Shown one piece after another: positions 12,701-25,505 of a stretch of 64,000 bases of DNA. Where the stretch lies: NCBI GenBank assembly GCA_964016885.1, contig OZ024749.1:47740001-47804000 (forward strand), given 5' to 3'. Source of the DNA: Eledone cirrhosa. Lineage: Eukaryota. Position numbers and translations under genes: made by a program. The notes beneath the pieces are model-generated. The model worked only from the letters and a program-made list of their open reading frames with translations. It made no database searches and was not told the DNA's origin. The stretch's first letter is position 1. Every line of letters starts with the position of its first letter.

Positions 12701-13835
12701 TGAGTCTCAGTCATTGATGTTAGTTAACTGGAAAGTTTGTTGAAATGAATATTAAGCCAAAACCTGCAGCCTCAGATATTCAGGACGTATCGGAGGTTTC
12801 TTGCTGTTCCCAGAAAGCATGCCTTTTGAGTGTTCCAAAAAAGCGGGGCGGGGCCAATTTTCTTTAACCATCCCTGGAAACTTTTTGAGATAGTACCTAG
12901 TGCGCCTATGACAATCGGAAACACTTTGACATCACGGCAGTTCCAAATCCTTTTTACCTCCCACTTTAAGTCCTGGTATCGGTTATTTTTCTCCCTCTCC
13001 TTCTCTTGCACTCTCGTGTCGAATGGCCAGGCCAGATCCACAATCAGGCACGATCTGTTTTCCTTGTCCAAAACCACCAGGTCAGGTCTATTGTGTTCCA
13101 GTTTCTTGTCCGTATGTATCCTAAAATCCCATAGCACCTTCACCTGATCGTTTTCTATCATCGACTCTAGCTTATGCTCATACCACTTCTCAGAATGTGG
13201 TAACTTGTTTACTTTGCATAGGTGCCAGTGGATCACCCTACCCATCATATTTTGACTCCAGCCTTTAAAGTGAGTCTGGGCTAGGTGTTTACACTCGGAT
13301 ACAATATGAGCCACATTCTCCTCTCTCTCTCCACAGATCCTGCACAGTGGACTAGCCTCCTCCTTGTAAATATGGTGTCTCAGCCACTTCCTTTTGAGGG
13401 CCTGCTCTTGCGCAGCCATTAGCATTCCTTCTGTAACCTTTTTAAGATCTCCTCTTCTCAACCAGTTCCATGTCTATGGATCTCTGAATTCCGTTTTCTC
13501 AAAGAAGGTAATGTGAAGGGATTTTTCATGGAGGTTGCTTTCTCTCCTCGTTGTTATTTCCTCCTTTGACATCCCCTGGTCTGTTGTCCTCTCCTTCAGT
13601 ACAATTCTGTGCATTGGCTCCTTACTATCGGACACGTATTTGTGTAGGCTGCTTTTCTCCATCTGAACACAGTCCTCTATGCTGATAAGACCTCTTCCAC
13701 CTTCAGATCTCCTTAAGTAGAGTCTATTGACATCACTCCTCTTCTGGAACATGATAGTCAATAGCTTCCTAGTCTTCCTATCCATTTCTTTTTGTTCAGC
13801 AACATTCCATCTCAGAATTCCCGCACTGTACCTAA
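12701..13835 (-). mobile_element. 5'-truncated R4/Dong-clade non-LTR retrotransposon (CCHC knuckle plus restriction-like endonuclease) in a (TAA)n tract
   Basis: ORFs 13474-13785 (RLYLRRSEGGRGLISIED) and 12772-13461 (AAQEQAL, CRICGEREENVAHIVSEC, LWDFRIHTD..HNRPDLVVLDK, PIVIGALG). TTA repeats on both flanks (12650-12700, 13840-13902). Confidence 0.9.
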
Positions 13836-13862
13836 TAAATTATTATTATTATTATTATTATG

Positions 13863-13903
<41 letters not shown>

Positions 13904-14222
13904 AGCTGCATTTATCTTGTTTTATGTTCATACGAGTTATCACTAAGTCACAACCAGTGACGTCAATAGACAACAAGGTCCGCCATGTTCAAGAAAGAAC
14001 ATACATACTCACACATGAATCTTTATGTGTATTGACTTGTGATGTACTTATATTGACAGAATCTTCCTTAGTATATGGGCAGTTCCCATTAGTACTATCT
14101 TTTGTATTTCTCCTATACGCGGGTTTCCTGGATTTGCGATAAGTAATCATTAGACCACTTAGGTATCATTCCTAGAGCGCCTACAACCACTGGTATTGTT
14201 TTAGTTTATTATTATTATTATG

Positions 14223-14270
<48 letters not shown>

Positions 14271-14799
14271 GTTATTATTTTATAATTTTCCTAATTTATT
14301 ATTATTAAAATTATTATTTGTATTATTGTATTGTATTATATTTGTTTCCTTTTTATTGGATTTTCATCATGGATCTTGGAATTTTATCCCATTTCTTTAT
14401 CTGCAAAAGCCAGAGAAGATATTGATTCCTGTCAGATCAGTGAAGATACGGATACTTCATCTGGAGATACGTTACCAAATAATTCTCAATTGAGAAATTA
14501 AAGAACAAAAAATCACAAATAGGAAAAAACTGAAGACGATGAAAAAAAAAATGATCCTTAAATTTGAGTATGTAGACAGGCAAATAATATTAATAGCAAC
14601 AGTTAAGTATGAAGCAAAACGATCTTCACGGCATAAAAAAACGGCAAAATACTTTTAGTTAATATTATAATAAGAAAAATCAATATTGCATAAATAAAAT
14701 CAGTTTAATGAAAGCACACTTCACTTTCTACTTTCAGATTATGCAGTATACGGCAATATCCGATAAATATCCTCCGTATCCACTTAGATAATATATCTA

Positions 14800-14862
<63 letters not shown>

Positions 14863-14904
14863 AGAGAAAACAAAGACCGCTTATAACATCAATCAATTTT
14901 TATT

Positions 14905-14951
14905 CGCTGACAGTGTTTCATCCATACGACGGGGCAGGACACATTAGAGCG
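14905..14951 (-). ncRNA. Decayed type-I hammerhead motif
   Basis: Reverse complement cgct-CTAATGT-gtcc..ggat-GAAA-cactg-TC-agcg followed by aataaa; next to (TA)n. Confidence 0.5.
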
Positions 14952-15347
14952 TTCAAAACAAAAATAGAATAATGAAAATAAGCTCTACCGACCTACATCA
15001 TAAGAACAATAGATATATGGTACATGACCATAGGATAATAGTGAGAATGGAGATGATGCATATGAAGGTTGTTACTCTGAGTAAGGAAAAGTAAGAAAAA
15101 ATAAGGAAAAATAAAATAAACTGAAGTAATCACACAATAGATAGATGCATGTGAAGGAATCAGTCAAGGCGATAAAGAAAAAAAAGAAAAAAAGAAAGAA
15201 TGCTCAAAAATAATAAAAAAAAAAAAATAAAAAAAAAAAATAAATAAAAAAAAAAGTTAAAATAATTTTAAAATTTATAAAAATAATTATATATATATAT
15301 ACATATATATATATAGAGATATATACATGTACATGTTTATGTATATA

Positions 15348-15389
<42 letters not shown>

Positions 15390-15625
15390 TGTTTGTGTGT
15401 ATATGTCTGTGTGTATGTGTGTGTGTATAGTATCTTGAATGTATAACACAATTAAAATAGATACAGTATGTGTAAAATCTGTGATGGTTGAAATTAAACG
15501 TACAGTATGATAGTAGCAACATAAACAACCAATATTTCTCTTGATCAGAGCAACATTTATTTAATTATGACTTGATATAAAATAGTGAAAAGGATATATT
15601 TCAATCTTTTAAAGATTTATATTTT

Positions 15626-15692
15626 ATAATTGTTTCTACTTTAGGCAAAAGGCCAGCAATTATTTTATAGACCCCGTAAGGATGAAATGCAA
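15626..15692 (-). mobile_element. tRNA-SINE 3' fragment
   Basis: ataattgtttctactttaggcaaaaggccagcaatt..gaccccgtaaggatgaaa matches the full copies. Confidence 0.8.
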
Positions 15693-15843
15693 AATAATTT
15701 TATAATGTCAACTGTACTTTACAAACAAAAGTTTTACTCTGATGGAAATATCAAAAAATGAAAAAATGTAAATCTGTAATGCTGTGATTAATATATTGAA
15801 TGAACCTTTTTCTAGACTGGAAGGAGACGTTTCTATATGACAC

Positions 15844-15909
<66 letters not shown>

Positions 15910-15970
15910 TGTATATATATATGAATGTATATATAATGTATTTTGTAATACACTTCTAATATATGTATAC

Positions 15971-16041
<71 letters not shown>

Positions 16042-16046
16042 TGTAT

Positions 16047-16239
16047 AACGAAGGAAGTGGGGTAAGGAACCAGATGGACCATAACACACCAGAGTACTCG
16101 ATACTATGGGTTGTAGAGTGGTCAATAGGAACATAGTCAGGACCCCGACAGCTGAGCTCTGGCCGTTTCGTCAGCTCGTTCTGAACAGAAATAGCTGTCA
16201 AAACGGCCGGAGCTCAGCGGTCGGGGTCCGGACTCTTTT

Positions 16240-16242
<3 letters not shown>
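16047..16242. mobile_element. Fold-back element, family A (tail plus hairpin 16125-16243)
   Basis: ggaccccgacagctgagctctggccgttt / aaacggccggagctcagcggtcggggtcc. Homologous to 39456-39659, 40971-41080, 21776-21852 and 63128-63459; within (TA)n. Confidence 0.85.
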
Positions 16243-16313
<71 letters not shown>

Positions 16314-16343
16314 GGGGGTGGAGTGCGCGCGTGCGAGTGTGTA

Positions 16344-16396
<53 letters not shown>

Positions 16397-17520
16397 GTGT
16401 GTGCGTGTGTGAGATGGTGTGTGTGTATGTATGCGTGTGTGTGTTTGTATCGGCTTATGAAATGAGTATGAGTCTTTGAATGAGAGAAATACATGTGCAG
16501 AGAAAGAAACAGAGAGAAAGAAAATAGATATAAAGATATATTTGCCGAGATATAGGACGGAATGAGAATGAATTGTATTTATTACTTACAAATTCATTAA
16601 ATCAGATTAATTACGCTCGATATAATTTTATTTTAAACGTGTCTCATTTTCGCCTTTAAATTGATATGTGAATAGTCGTCATATATCATCGCTAAAGATG
16701 GAAGTGATTTTAAAGCTAATTTCCTTAGTTAATAGGGAAATGCACTTCCTGCACCCTAGTCATTGATTTAATCCCGTTTATGAGACGAGAAACATACCTA
16801 ACGTCCAATGCATTTAAACCTCCTAGAAGTAATTTAAAATCAGCGATAAGGACATCATATTACGCATAATTGTTGTTTTTTTTCCAATAAACATCAAAAT
16901 CAAGCGATACCATTAACAATTCAACTGTTTAGTAGGATATGGAAGAACTTAAAACATGGGAGAATAAGGTCATTACATATAAATAAAACGTGCGATGAAA
17001 GCAAGTCCTTCGTCTATCCACACCCTGGTGGTCCATCATTCCACTTTCCACCTCTCTCTCTATTTTCCCCTCGTTTTATCTATTTCTCTCTCGCCCTTCC
17101 TCTCTGTAGCTATATATATATATATATATGTATATATACTTATGTATGTATATTTGTTTATGATTATGGCTCTGGGCCCATGTGAGAAGTTACTTGTTCA
17201 GACCAGTAAGGCCATTATACAAAATAGTTCTCAAGAAAATTAGAGAGTATATAGTATGTGAATATTGATTGCTACTGTTATAAATGTTTCATTTAATTTG
17301 GTTCAAATCTATGCCATTGGTGTACGATTATTGTTTGATTGACAGATGGTAGGTGGTAGAGGAGGAGATGGTTTGATCGAGTACTGGCTCCAGTCATGTC
17401 CCTTACTATAGTCCCGTCTAAATGTGCTGAACTGATATCTTACAGCTTCAAACATAGTACACACTGGCATAGATACATACTGCGACACGTACACACACAC
17501 ACACACATACACACACACAT

Positions 17521-17585
<65 letters not shown>

Positions 17586-17587
<2 letters not shown>

Positions 17588-17700
17588 GGCACAAACCCAG
17601 CAATTACTCAGTGCATTACTGGTACTTTATTTTATTTTATCGACCCCGTAAGGATGAAAGGAAAATCGGCGGGATTTGAATTCAGATCGTAAGGGGACGT
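17586..17700 (-). mobile_element. tRNA-SINE partial copy
   Basis: ggcacaa..cagtgcattactggtactttatt..atcgaccccgtaaggatgaaagg..ggcgggatttgaa. Confidence 0.8.
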
Positions 17701-19112
17701 TATATATATAATGTGTGTATATATATGTGTGTGTGTGTGTCATTGTTTGCGTGTGTCTCTGCGTGTTTCTCTGTTGTATTGTGTATGTGTGTGTGTGTAT
17801 ATTTGTATATATAAAGAAAAGGAGAAAGGGAGATATATATAGAGAGAAAAAGAAATAAAACGAAAAGTTTGATTTCTTTTTCGACTTTGTTTTTAAAAAT
17901 GATTAACCTTTGGGAAGCTACTTGTGTTATCAATAAATGTTGTGGAGGAAACTGATACTATAAAACACGAGCAAGCAATATTTTCTATCTCTTAATATAT
18001 GAGGATATATCAGATAACATATGTTTATCCGATAAGAATAGTCAATTTTATTTCATTCCTGTAACTGTTTTATTGGTTGAAAACTTCATTTGTATTGAAG
18101 AATATGAACATACAGACGCGGGAAAATGTTAATTATTTCTGGTCGAAATATATTCCTTCTATTTGAATTCAGATTATAAACGTAAAGTATTTCGTCTTAA
18201 ACACGCCATTCCAATTTTCGCACATGTCCTAATTGGAATCGAAATTCGTCTTTCATCTTCATTACACACTTTTTGTCCTAATTACGCATTGATTAATCAT
18301 TCATCTTACGAAATCAGTCACTTGTATGAATAATTATCTTCTAATTAATTTTCAACGGAGGTGTATTATCAAGTATTCATGAAACTGTCAATAATAGGAA
18401 TTACTTTGGGGTTCTAAATGGCTATGTATAGACTTTGAACAATAATGATTTCTCACTTAGTCGCAGGTGGACATTTTCGTTTCATTGAAACGTAAAATTC
18501 ATTTGAAATAAACTTAGGACATAATGGAGAATTATTTAATCGACGCCAGTATAAATAAGCTAAAATGTTACCAACAGATTAGATTGAGCACATGAAGTAA
18601 ATAATCTATACATACTAATGGCTCTGGATAGTTAGGATAATGATTGCAGTGACTGAATATTAACAAAACTATTCAACTGTTTTTGATGTCAACACAGATA
18701 TAGTACACAACAGGTTTATTCAAAATAAGTTTTTATAATATTATATTTAAGAACATATTTAAACACAACCCTTTCTGTAGGAACTGAAATGTGTTACACT
18801 TAATATTAAGTACAAATCTCCCTTAAATATGTTGGTATTTAAAATTTCGATTGCATATGAAAAATAATTATTTAACCTGTAGATTCACTATCAGTTTAAC
18901 AGGAAACACACACACATACACAACACACACACACATACCGATATATATATATAATGATAAGTACTGGGGTTATAGTAAATATTCGCAATAATCTCTTTTT
19001 GTATATATATATATATATAAGTAGTGGGGTTATAGTAATGATTCACTATGAACCACTTACATATATATATATGTGTTGTGTGCGTTTATGTGTTTGTATG
19101 TTTGCTTAACTC

Positions 19113-19152
<40 letters not shown>

Positions 19153-20102
19153 CATATTTCTCATCTATTGTTCTATCATCCTCGCATTCTTTACATTTAC
19201 ATCAATACAACGTTTGTATGATTTGACTGTCTGCTGCCGCTTTCAATGTTCTTGTTTTTCTCATAATTGTAACTGCTGATGTTGTTATTTTTATCTATTG
19301 ACATTGTCTTTCTGATTCATCAGGCGCATGAGGAGAAGTATTTGAACCATGAGTCATTTATTCCCATCTTTGTTTTGTTTCTTTTTGGGGATCTACTATC
19401 ATCATAGCAATATTTATCTAACATATCTTCCTAGTTTGAAGATAAAAGCAACCTTAACCAGATGAAATCATTTGGCAATATATATCCGTTCATTCGAGGT
19501 GCTTAATACATTCTCAGTAATTGAAGACTGAACACAGATGCATAGTTACAAAAACTATTCCATTCATTCAGTGTATAATAACAAAACTCCTGAATAATAA
19601 AATAGTAATGAACAAATTTTCTCGCTGTAATAAATCCATTTTTCTCATATAAAGGACTCCATAGCTATATGTGATTTTGATATTATTCTAACAGTTTTCT
19701 ACGTAACGTGAATGTCTGATCCAGATGCTTGAACAACCGCCAGAGGGGTTTACCATCGTTGGTAATGACGGCGAGGCACATAACATTTATGATAGTTACA
19801 AATAACAATTAATAAACACACATTATTGATCATTAAATACGAACATACAACAATTCATTCCAATGCATCTTCTATCGGGATGGCTGTAATTATTTACAGT
19901 ATATTGATTATATATCTCATTGCAAAAAAACTATGATAATAATACAAAAGGTGCGCGTAAATTCTATGTACCTCATTATAATTCTAGATAGATAGAGAAA
20001 AAAAGAAAACGAGAAAAACAGAGAGAGGGAGAGAGAGAGATAAGGAAATATACATGCATAGATATATATCGTCCAACAAATATATAGCTATTTATATATA
20101 TA

Positions 20103-20181
<79 letters not shown>

Positions 20182-21107
20182 TATATGTAGATTGATAGAT
20201 AGATAGACACAAGTAAAACTACACACCATAAAACTGGGAATATGGTGTATTTATTTCTAACTATACTGAGCTAATTAATATCTATTATATTCTGGGATGT
20301 GCAATACAATGAACGTCGCGCCCTGTCATATACATAATTGGAAGACGAACCGTATATGATGGAGACAAAATGTCGCTAATTATGACACTATGCCATTCAT
20401 TTTCTATAATTCCTTTACGAAATATTCAACGTATTGCTGACGCACTTTTTTAGCATAATATTGTTGAAGTGCTGATATCGAAGAAATATAACCAGCGGAT
20501 ATAATGAAAATTGTTTGAGTACTAGTGTAGTGTGTGTGTCTATCTACTCAAAATAAGAGTGAATGGAAGTTTAATAAATCATGTGGTAGTTTTAGACAAC
20601 TATCCTACAATTATTTGTAAGAGATATATAAGTGAAATGTCATTGTTCGTTCTCAACGCTTACTTGGAATGTCATATGGAGGTCAAGAACGTTGCAATCA
20701 ATTATAAAAAGGGTCTCTGTGACAGATAAGGGTTTTCTGTTTTCTATATCTAGACACTGCTTCGTTTTATTCAATAAACAATTATTATAAGCTTAAACAT
20801 ATTTGCTTATGTACTTTTATATTTTGTTCTGCTTCATATTGTAGTATATAGAATATATTAGATTAGCCATATTGGAATATAGGAAATAGAATCTATGCCG
20901 CATAATATAAAATGAGAGATATTTCCATAGTTCTTTCCCATATACATATTATAGTGTTTTCCAGCAAAACATATCTTACTATACAGTTGTGTTACAAAGT
21001 CGAACACAGAATCTTAGAGTACACGATTACCATAATAAACCAATAACGTTATCTCTTGCCCGTCCTTCTTAGATGAAAGTAGCTTGAGAAACACACATGA
21101 TGTACAT

Positions 21108-21171
<64 letters not shown>

Positions 21172-21700
21172 CATATAGTCGAGAGCTTATCATGATGATT
21201 AGCGGAAATTAAAATATTTCCTTTGTCTAACATGTTGAATGACCCGCCAAAAAGCGGGGGTTATTTCCCCTGCTGGAATTAACACGTGACAGCTATAGAT
21301 ACGATACGATAGTTCTAGCAGCAACATTTAGGCTATCACCCCTGTTCTGCGTAGAAGGAAAAGTTGTTGAAAAACTTAATCCTCCGTTCGATCATGAATA
21401 CCACGAGCTTGCCAGTCACGTAAGTCTGATATTTGATTTCGGATTCAAAGAAACACTTTAAACGTAAAATGGTTTGATTTGCCCAGGTGTATATTTCTCA
21501 ACCTGTTAGTTATATCGTTACTTTGGTATATTATTGTGTGTTAGATTTTGCCTACCGCAATGTTCGATTTGGCAAGCTATTTAAACGTATGTTGTTACTC
21601 CAAGGACCTAAGTTATCGACTGGTTTTCTAACTCATCATTTCATATAAGTAGGCCGAATTTGCTTTCAAAACGCCAGAGATTCAATTTTACTAAATTTCC

Positions 21701-21775
<75 letters not shown>

Positions 21776-21777
<2 letters not shown>

Positions 21778-21850
21778 AAAGAGTAGGACCCCGACGGCTA
21801 GTTCTGGACTAAAATGTTGGTCCACCTGCTTCCTTAGCACATTTCCTTCG

Positions 21851-21852
<2 letters not shown>
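21776..21852. mobile_element. Internally deleted family A element (both termini only, 77 nt)
   Basis: Starts ggaaagagtaggaccccgac (inverted-arm end) and ends ggtccacctgcttccttagcacatttccttcgt (tail end); between two (TA)n tracts. Confidence 0.75.
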
Positions 21853-21902
<50 letters not shown>

Positions 21903-22108
21903 GTTTGTGTGTGTGTGTGTGTATATATTTAAATATTTATATATATATATGTATACAGATATAGATTTATATATGTATACATATATATATATATATGTGT
22001 ATACTTATATATATATGTATATATATATATGTATACATACAGGACATATATATATATGTGTATGTATATATGTATACATACAGGACATATATATATGTAT
22101 ACATACAG

Positions 22109-22585
22109 GACTAAAACCAAAACCTGTCAAATGGCAAAGGAGCTCCTAAGAGTCAATGGCCATCCAAAATCACCTGGAGAGATGACCCCTTAGCCTTTGC
22201 ACAATTCTAGGAGCACAATTCTAGGAGAAGGAACACTCTGATATAACTCCTGCAACCCTGATGGTATCCAATGATGTTGACTCGTTCTTCTTTTTGGTAA
22301 ATATCATATTGGTTAAGAGAGTGGGACTGGCTTTGTGCAGTGCCTTTACTCACTATAAAAGCTTCACGGCACAGGCATTGCTTTATATCTGGAGATCTAT
22401 CTGCACTTGTCATCACATGGTACCATGGGCCGAGCACTATGTGTCAATAATTGTCACAAGTGTAGTGTTTGTACCAGAGTTTTCAAGTCGCTGGCTGGAC
22501 TAAATTCACACTCGTTCAGCGCATCGGTAGGGTTTCTCCTACATATAATGTAGTGGAGGTACTAGAAAACCAGTTGGCAGCCAGC
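22109..22585 (+). pseudogene. Decayed RTE-like LINE 3' end with terminal C2H2 finger
   Basis: Frameshifted GHP(K)ITWRD (GRPxxTW motif) near 22158 and HKCSVCTRVFKSLAGLNSH..RSAHR* at about 22455-22530. Confidence 0.5.
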
Positions 22586-22608
22586 ATATATATATATACA
22601 TATATATA

Positions 22609-22823
22609 TCATCAGATAAAATACACAGTTTGTTTTATAAATATTGACATAACCAGAAAAAAATACCTTAACGTTAAGGTTTTTTTTTCTTATTATGTTA
22701 ATATATATAAAACAAACTTTGTATTTTATCTGATGAGGGCATACCAAAGTTATATAATACAAATATATATAATAGAATAAATATGGTTTTATAAATACAG
22801 TTTCCATTTATTTAATATCATCG
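22609..22823. mobile_element. Spacerless fold-back element (hairpin 22609-22736 centred on ccttaacgttaagg) ending in a hammerhead relic
   Basis: tcatcagataaaatacacagtttgttttata / tataaaacaaactttgtattttatctgatga, then gggcatacc-aaag and a tail; flanked by (TA)n. Confidence 0.7.
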
Positions 22824-22843
22824 TATATATATATATATATACA

Positions 22844-22940
<97 letters not shown>

Positions 22941-23066
22941 GTAGGAGGTGAATTTTATTGTAGTACAATAAAGCAATGCAGATATCGGATAAGAAGCACT
23001 CTACAGTTTGTAGGACTGGAGTATACATAATATATAATATCAAAATATGATTAAAATAGTTCCATG

Positions 23067-23137
23067 TATTTTATTATGCGCATTTCAAAAACAAATATCA
23101 TCATGCAGTAACATTTGTGTTTTCATCAGATAAAATA
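23067..23137 (-). ncRNA. Type-I hammerhead ribozyme, intact core
   Basis: Reverse complement tattttat-CTGATGA-aaacacaaat..atttgttttt-GAAA-TGCGCA-TA-ataaaata. Confidence 0.8.
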
Positions 23138-23767
23138 GGAAGACATGATATGAAGGTTAAAATACACTTGTCAATAGTGCAGTCTTAAATAAACATTTGA
23201 AAAGTAGTTTTAGATTGATGTGTGATATTTGGATAAAATGTCAGGGGGGGGGGGGTGATAAAGAGGAGGAGATGAGAGTAAAAAGTGGAGGGGGAGGAGT
23301 ATAATGAGGAACGATGAGATAGGAGGAGAGATGGGTGATAGAGAGAGAGAGAGATAGCTTTTATAACTGAGAAAAATATATTGTTTTATATAGAGAGGTT
23401 GAAAACCGTTGGAAGATAATGTATAAATTAAAAGAATTTGAAAATTGACGAAGAGAAAAATGATGTTAAGTTAAGGTTTGTATATTGAAGGGTTTAATAA
23501 TATGTGCGATGGAAAGAAAATGTTGATATGTATTATTGAAAGAAGTAGAAGATAGGATGAATAAGTTAGATGAGCATGAAAGGGAGAAAAAAATAATGAA
23601 TTGAGGATGAATAATCTAACGTCAAAAAAATGTGTTCATCCTTTAAATCCCCCCCCCCCCAATATTTGTTTTCCCAATATCACACATCAATCTAAAACTA
23701 CTTTTCATATGTTGATTTAAAACTGCACTATTCACAAGTGTATCTTAACCTTCATATAATGTCTTCC

Positions 23768-23838
23768 TATTTTATCTGATGAAAACACAAATGTCATTGC
23801 ATGATAATATTTGTTTTTGAAATGCGCATAATAAAATA
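23768..23838 (+). ncRNA. Type-I hammerhead ribozyme, intact core
   Basis: tattttat-CTGATGA-aaacacaaatgtcattgcatgataatatttgttttt-GAAA-TGCGCA-TA-ataaaata. 8-bp helix I, long helix II, palindromic helix III ATGCGCAT, AUA triplet. Confidence 0.85.
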
Positions 23839-23880
23839 CATGGAACTCTTTTAACCATCTTTTGATCTTATATATATATA

Positions 23881-23964
<84 letters not shown>

Positions 23965-24405
23965 CTGTATATATATATATATATATATGTATGCATATGT
24001 GTATGTATGTCTATTTGTGTGAAAAGTAAACGTAAACAAAAAGAACTCAACACACGATGAAGTTCAATGAACATATATATCAGTTTTACGCAGAGATGGA
24101 ACGTTTATATATACATACATATACGTTCTAACCTTCCGCGTTGTTATTTGTAATCAGAGCTAAGATGTGCCTCTCATCACTAAGGAGTTATTGTAAGGAA
24201 GACTAGTCCTGCAACTCACGCATGTCATGTTCAGAATACATCATATATGTTTACAATCTGTCTTGTGAAACATCTTAGATACTGAATTACAGTCAGTAAA
24301 TATATAGCCAGAAATTGTTCACAGCTCTTTCAAACGCGATATATAATATGTATGTGTACGAGAGTGGATGTGTGTATATCAATACTCATATAAAATGCAC
24401 ACATG

Positions 24406-24491
<86 letters not shown>

Positions 24492-24541
24492 CATATGTAT
24501 GTATGTGCACGTCTATATGTTAGTCTGTCCTTGCACATATA

Positions 24542-24591
<50 letters not shown>

Positions 24592-25292
24592 GTCTGTGTA
24601 TTCAATAATAGTCATATGGATAGACATTTTATTATATTTCCAGTCACAAATATGTATGTTGGCATGTATATTTCATAATTACAAGAATAATATGTTAGAT
24701 GTACTTTTTTCCGTCGAAAGTTGCATCGGGATATATCACATTTTATCACATCTAATATGTCATTAAATTTAATAGTATTCCATTAATATCCTTATAATAA
24801 TACGACATATGTTTCAATACACAATTTGAAAGAGGAATTGATTTGAATCTGTTTATAATACGCTGCTGACGTTGGATTAACATTGTGACGAGCTAGATAT
24901 AATTATCTAGAGACAAACGTTTAATTCATGTAAATAAGTGTTGTTGCTGATAATAACACGATTATATGGAGCCAAAGAGAGAATGTCTATGATATTCCAC
25001 GACCTACCTCAAAAAGAAGCAATTTGTCTGAGCTCACATATGAAGCTGAAGTAAACGTTTATAACAATGAGTGATATTCGAAGGATGGATGATCATTGTT
25101 AATACGCATGTGAACATGCAAAGCCATAGGACTTTAACTCTAGAATGAGTCGTAGTGTCGCTGTAATGGAATACTGTTTCTAACCTCGGTGGAAGCAATA
25201 CTTCTCTTCGTTGATTTCCTTCACTAAAAACGCCAGTGGCAGAATAAAAGATTTATTGACCCCTCATTTAATACATTTATTATTGACTTCTA

Positions 25293-25505
25293 GGGCGGTG
25301 CATTTGCAGTATCGGTAGAGTGATGGTCAATGTACTTCACTACATAAAGAAGCGTCATTTTACCTTCTGAGTTCTAATCCAGCTATAGATTTAGCTTTCA
25401 TTTCACCCTTACGGGCGATTAAAACAGGACCAGTAAACTACTGTTGTCCATTTAATCCACTTTCCATGAAAGCAGTTGAAGCTTTCCATATAACAGAAAC
25501 CATTA
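25293..25505 (+). mobile_element. Old diverged tRNA-SINE copy
   Basis: ggcggtgcatttgcagtatcggtagag head; B box ctgagttctaatcc. Confidence 0.6.

Larger units (their letters stand above)
22941..23870. mobile_element. Fold-back element, family B: tail, then ~210-nt inverted arms each carrying a hammerhead
   Basis: Arms at about 23036-23243 and 23660-23870, tail 22941-23035, (TA)n on both sides; third copy at 35458-36062. Confidence 0.85.

Noticed and set aside
19290-19330. Minus-strand CTGATGA-atca-GAAA
   Set aside because: No helix II or helix I can form; likely chance.
21170-21700. Higher-GC segment between TA tracts containing an LNPPF-like peptide
   Set aside because: No extended ORF or second motif; probably an old repeat, but unassignable without a search.
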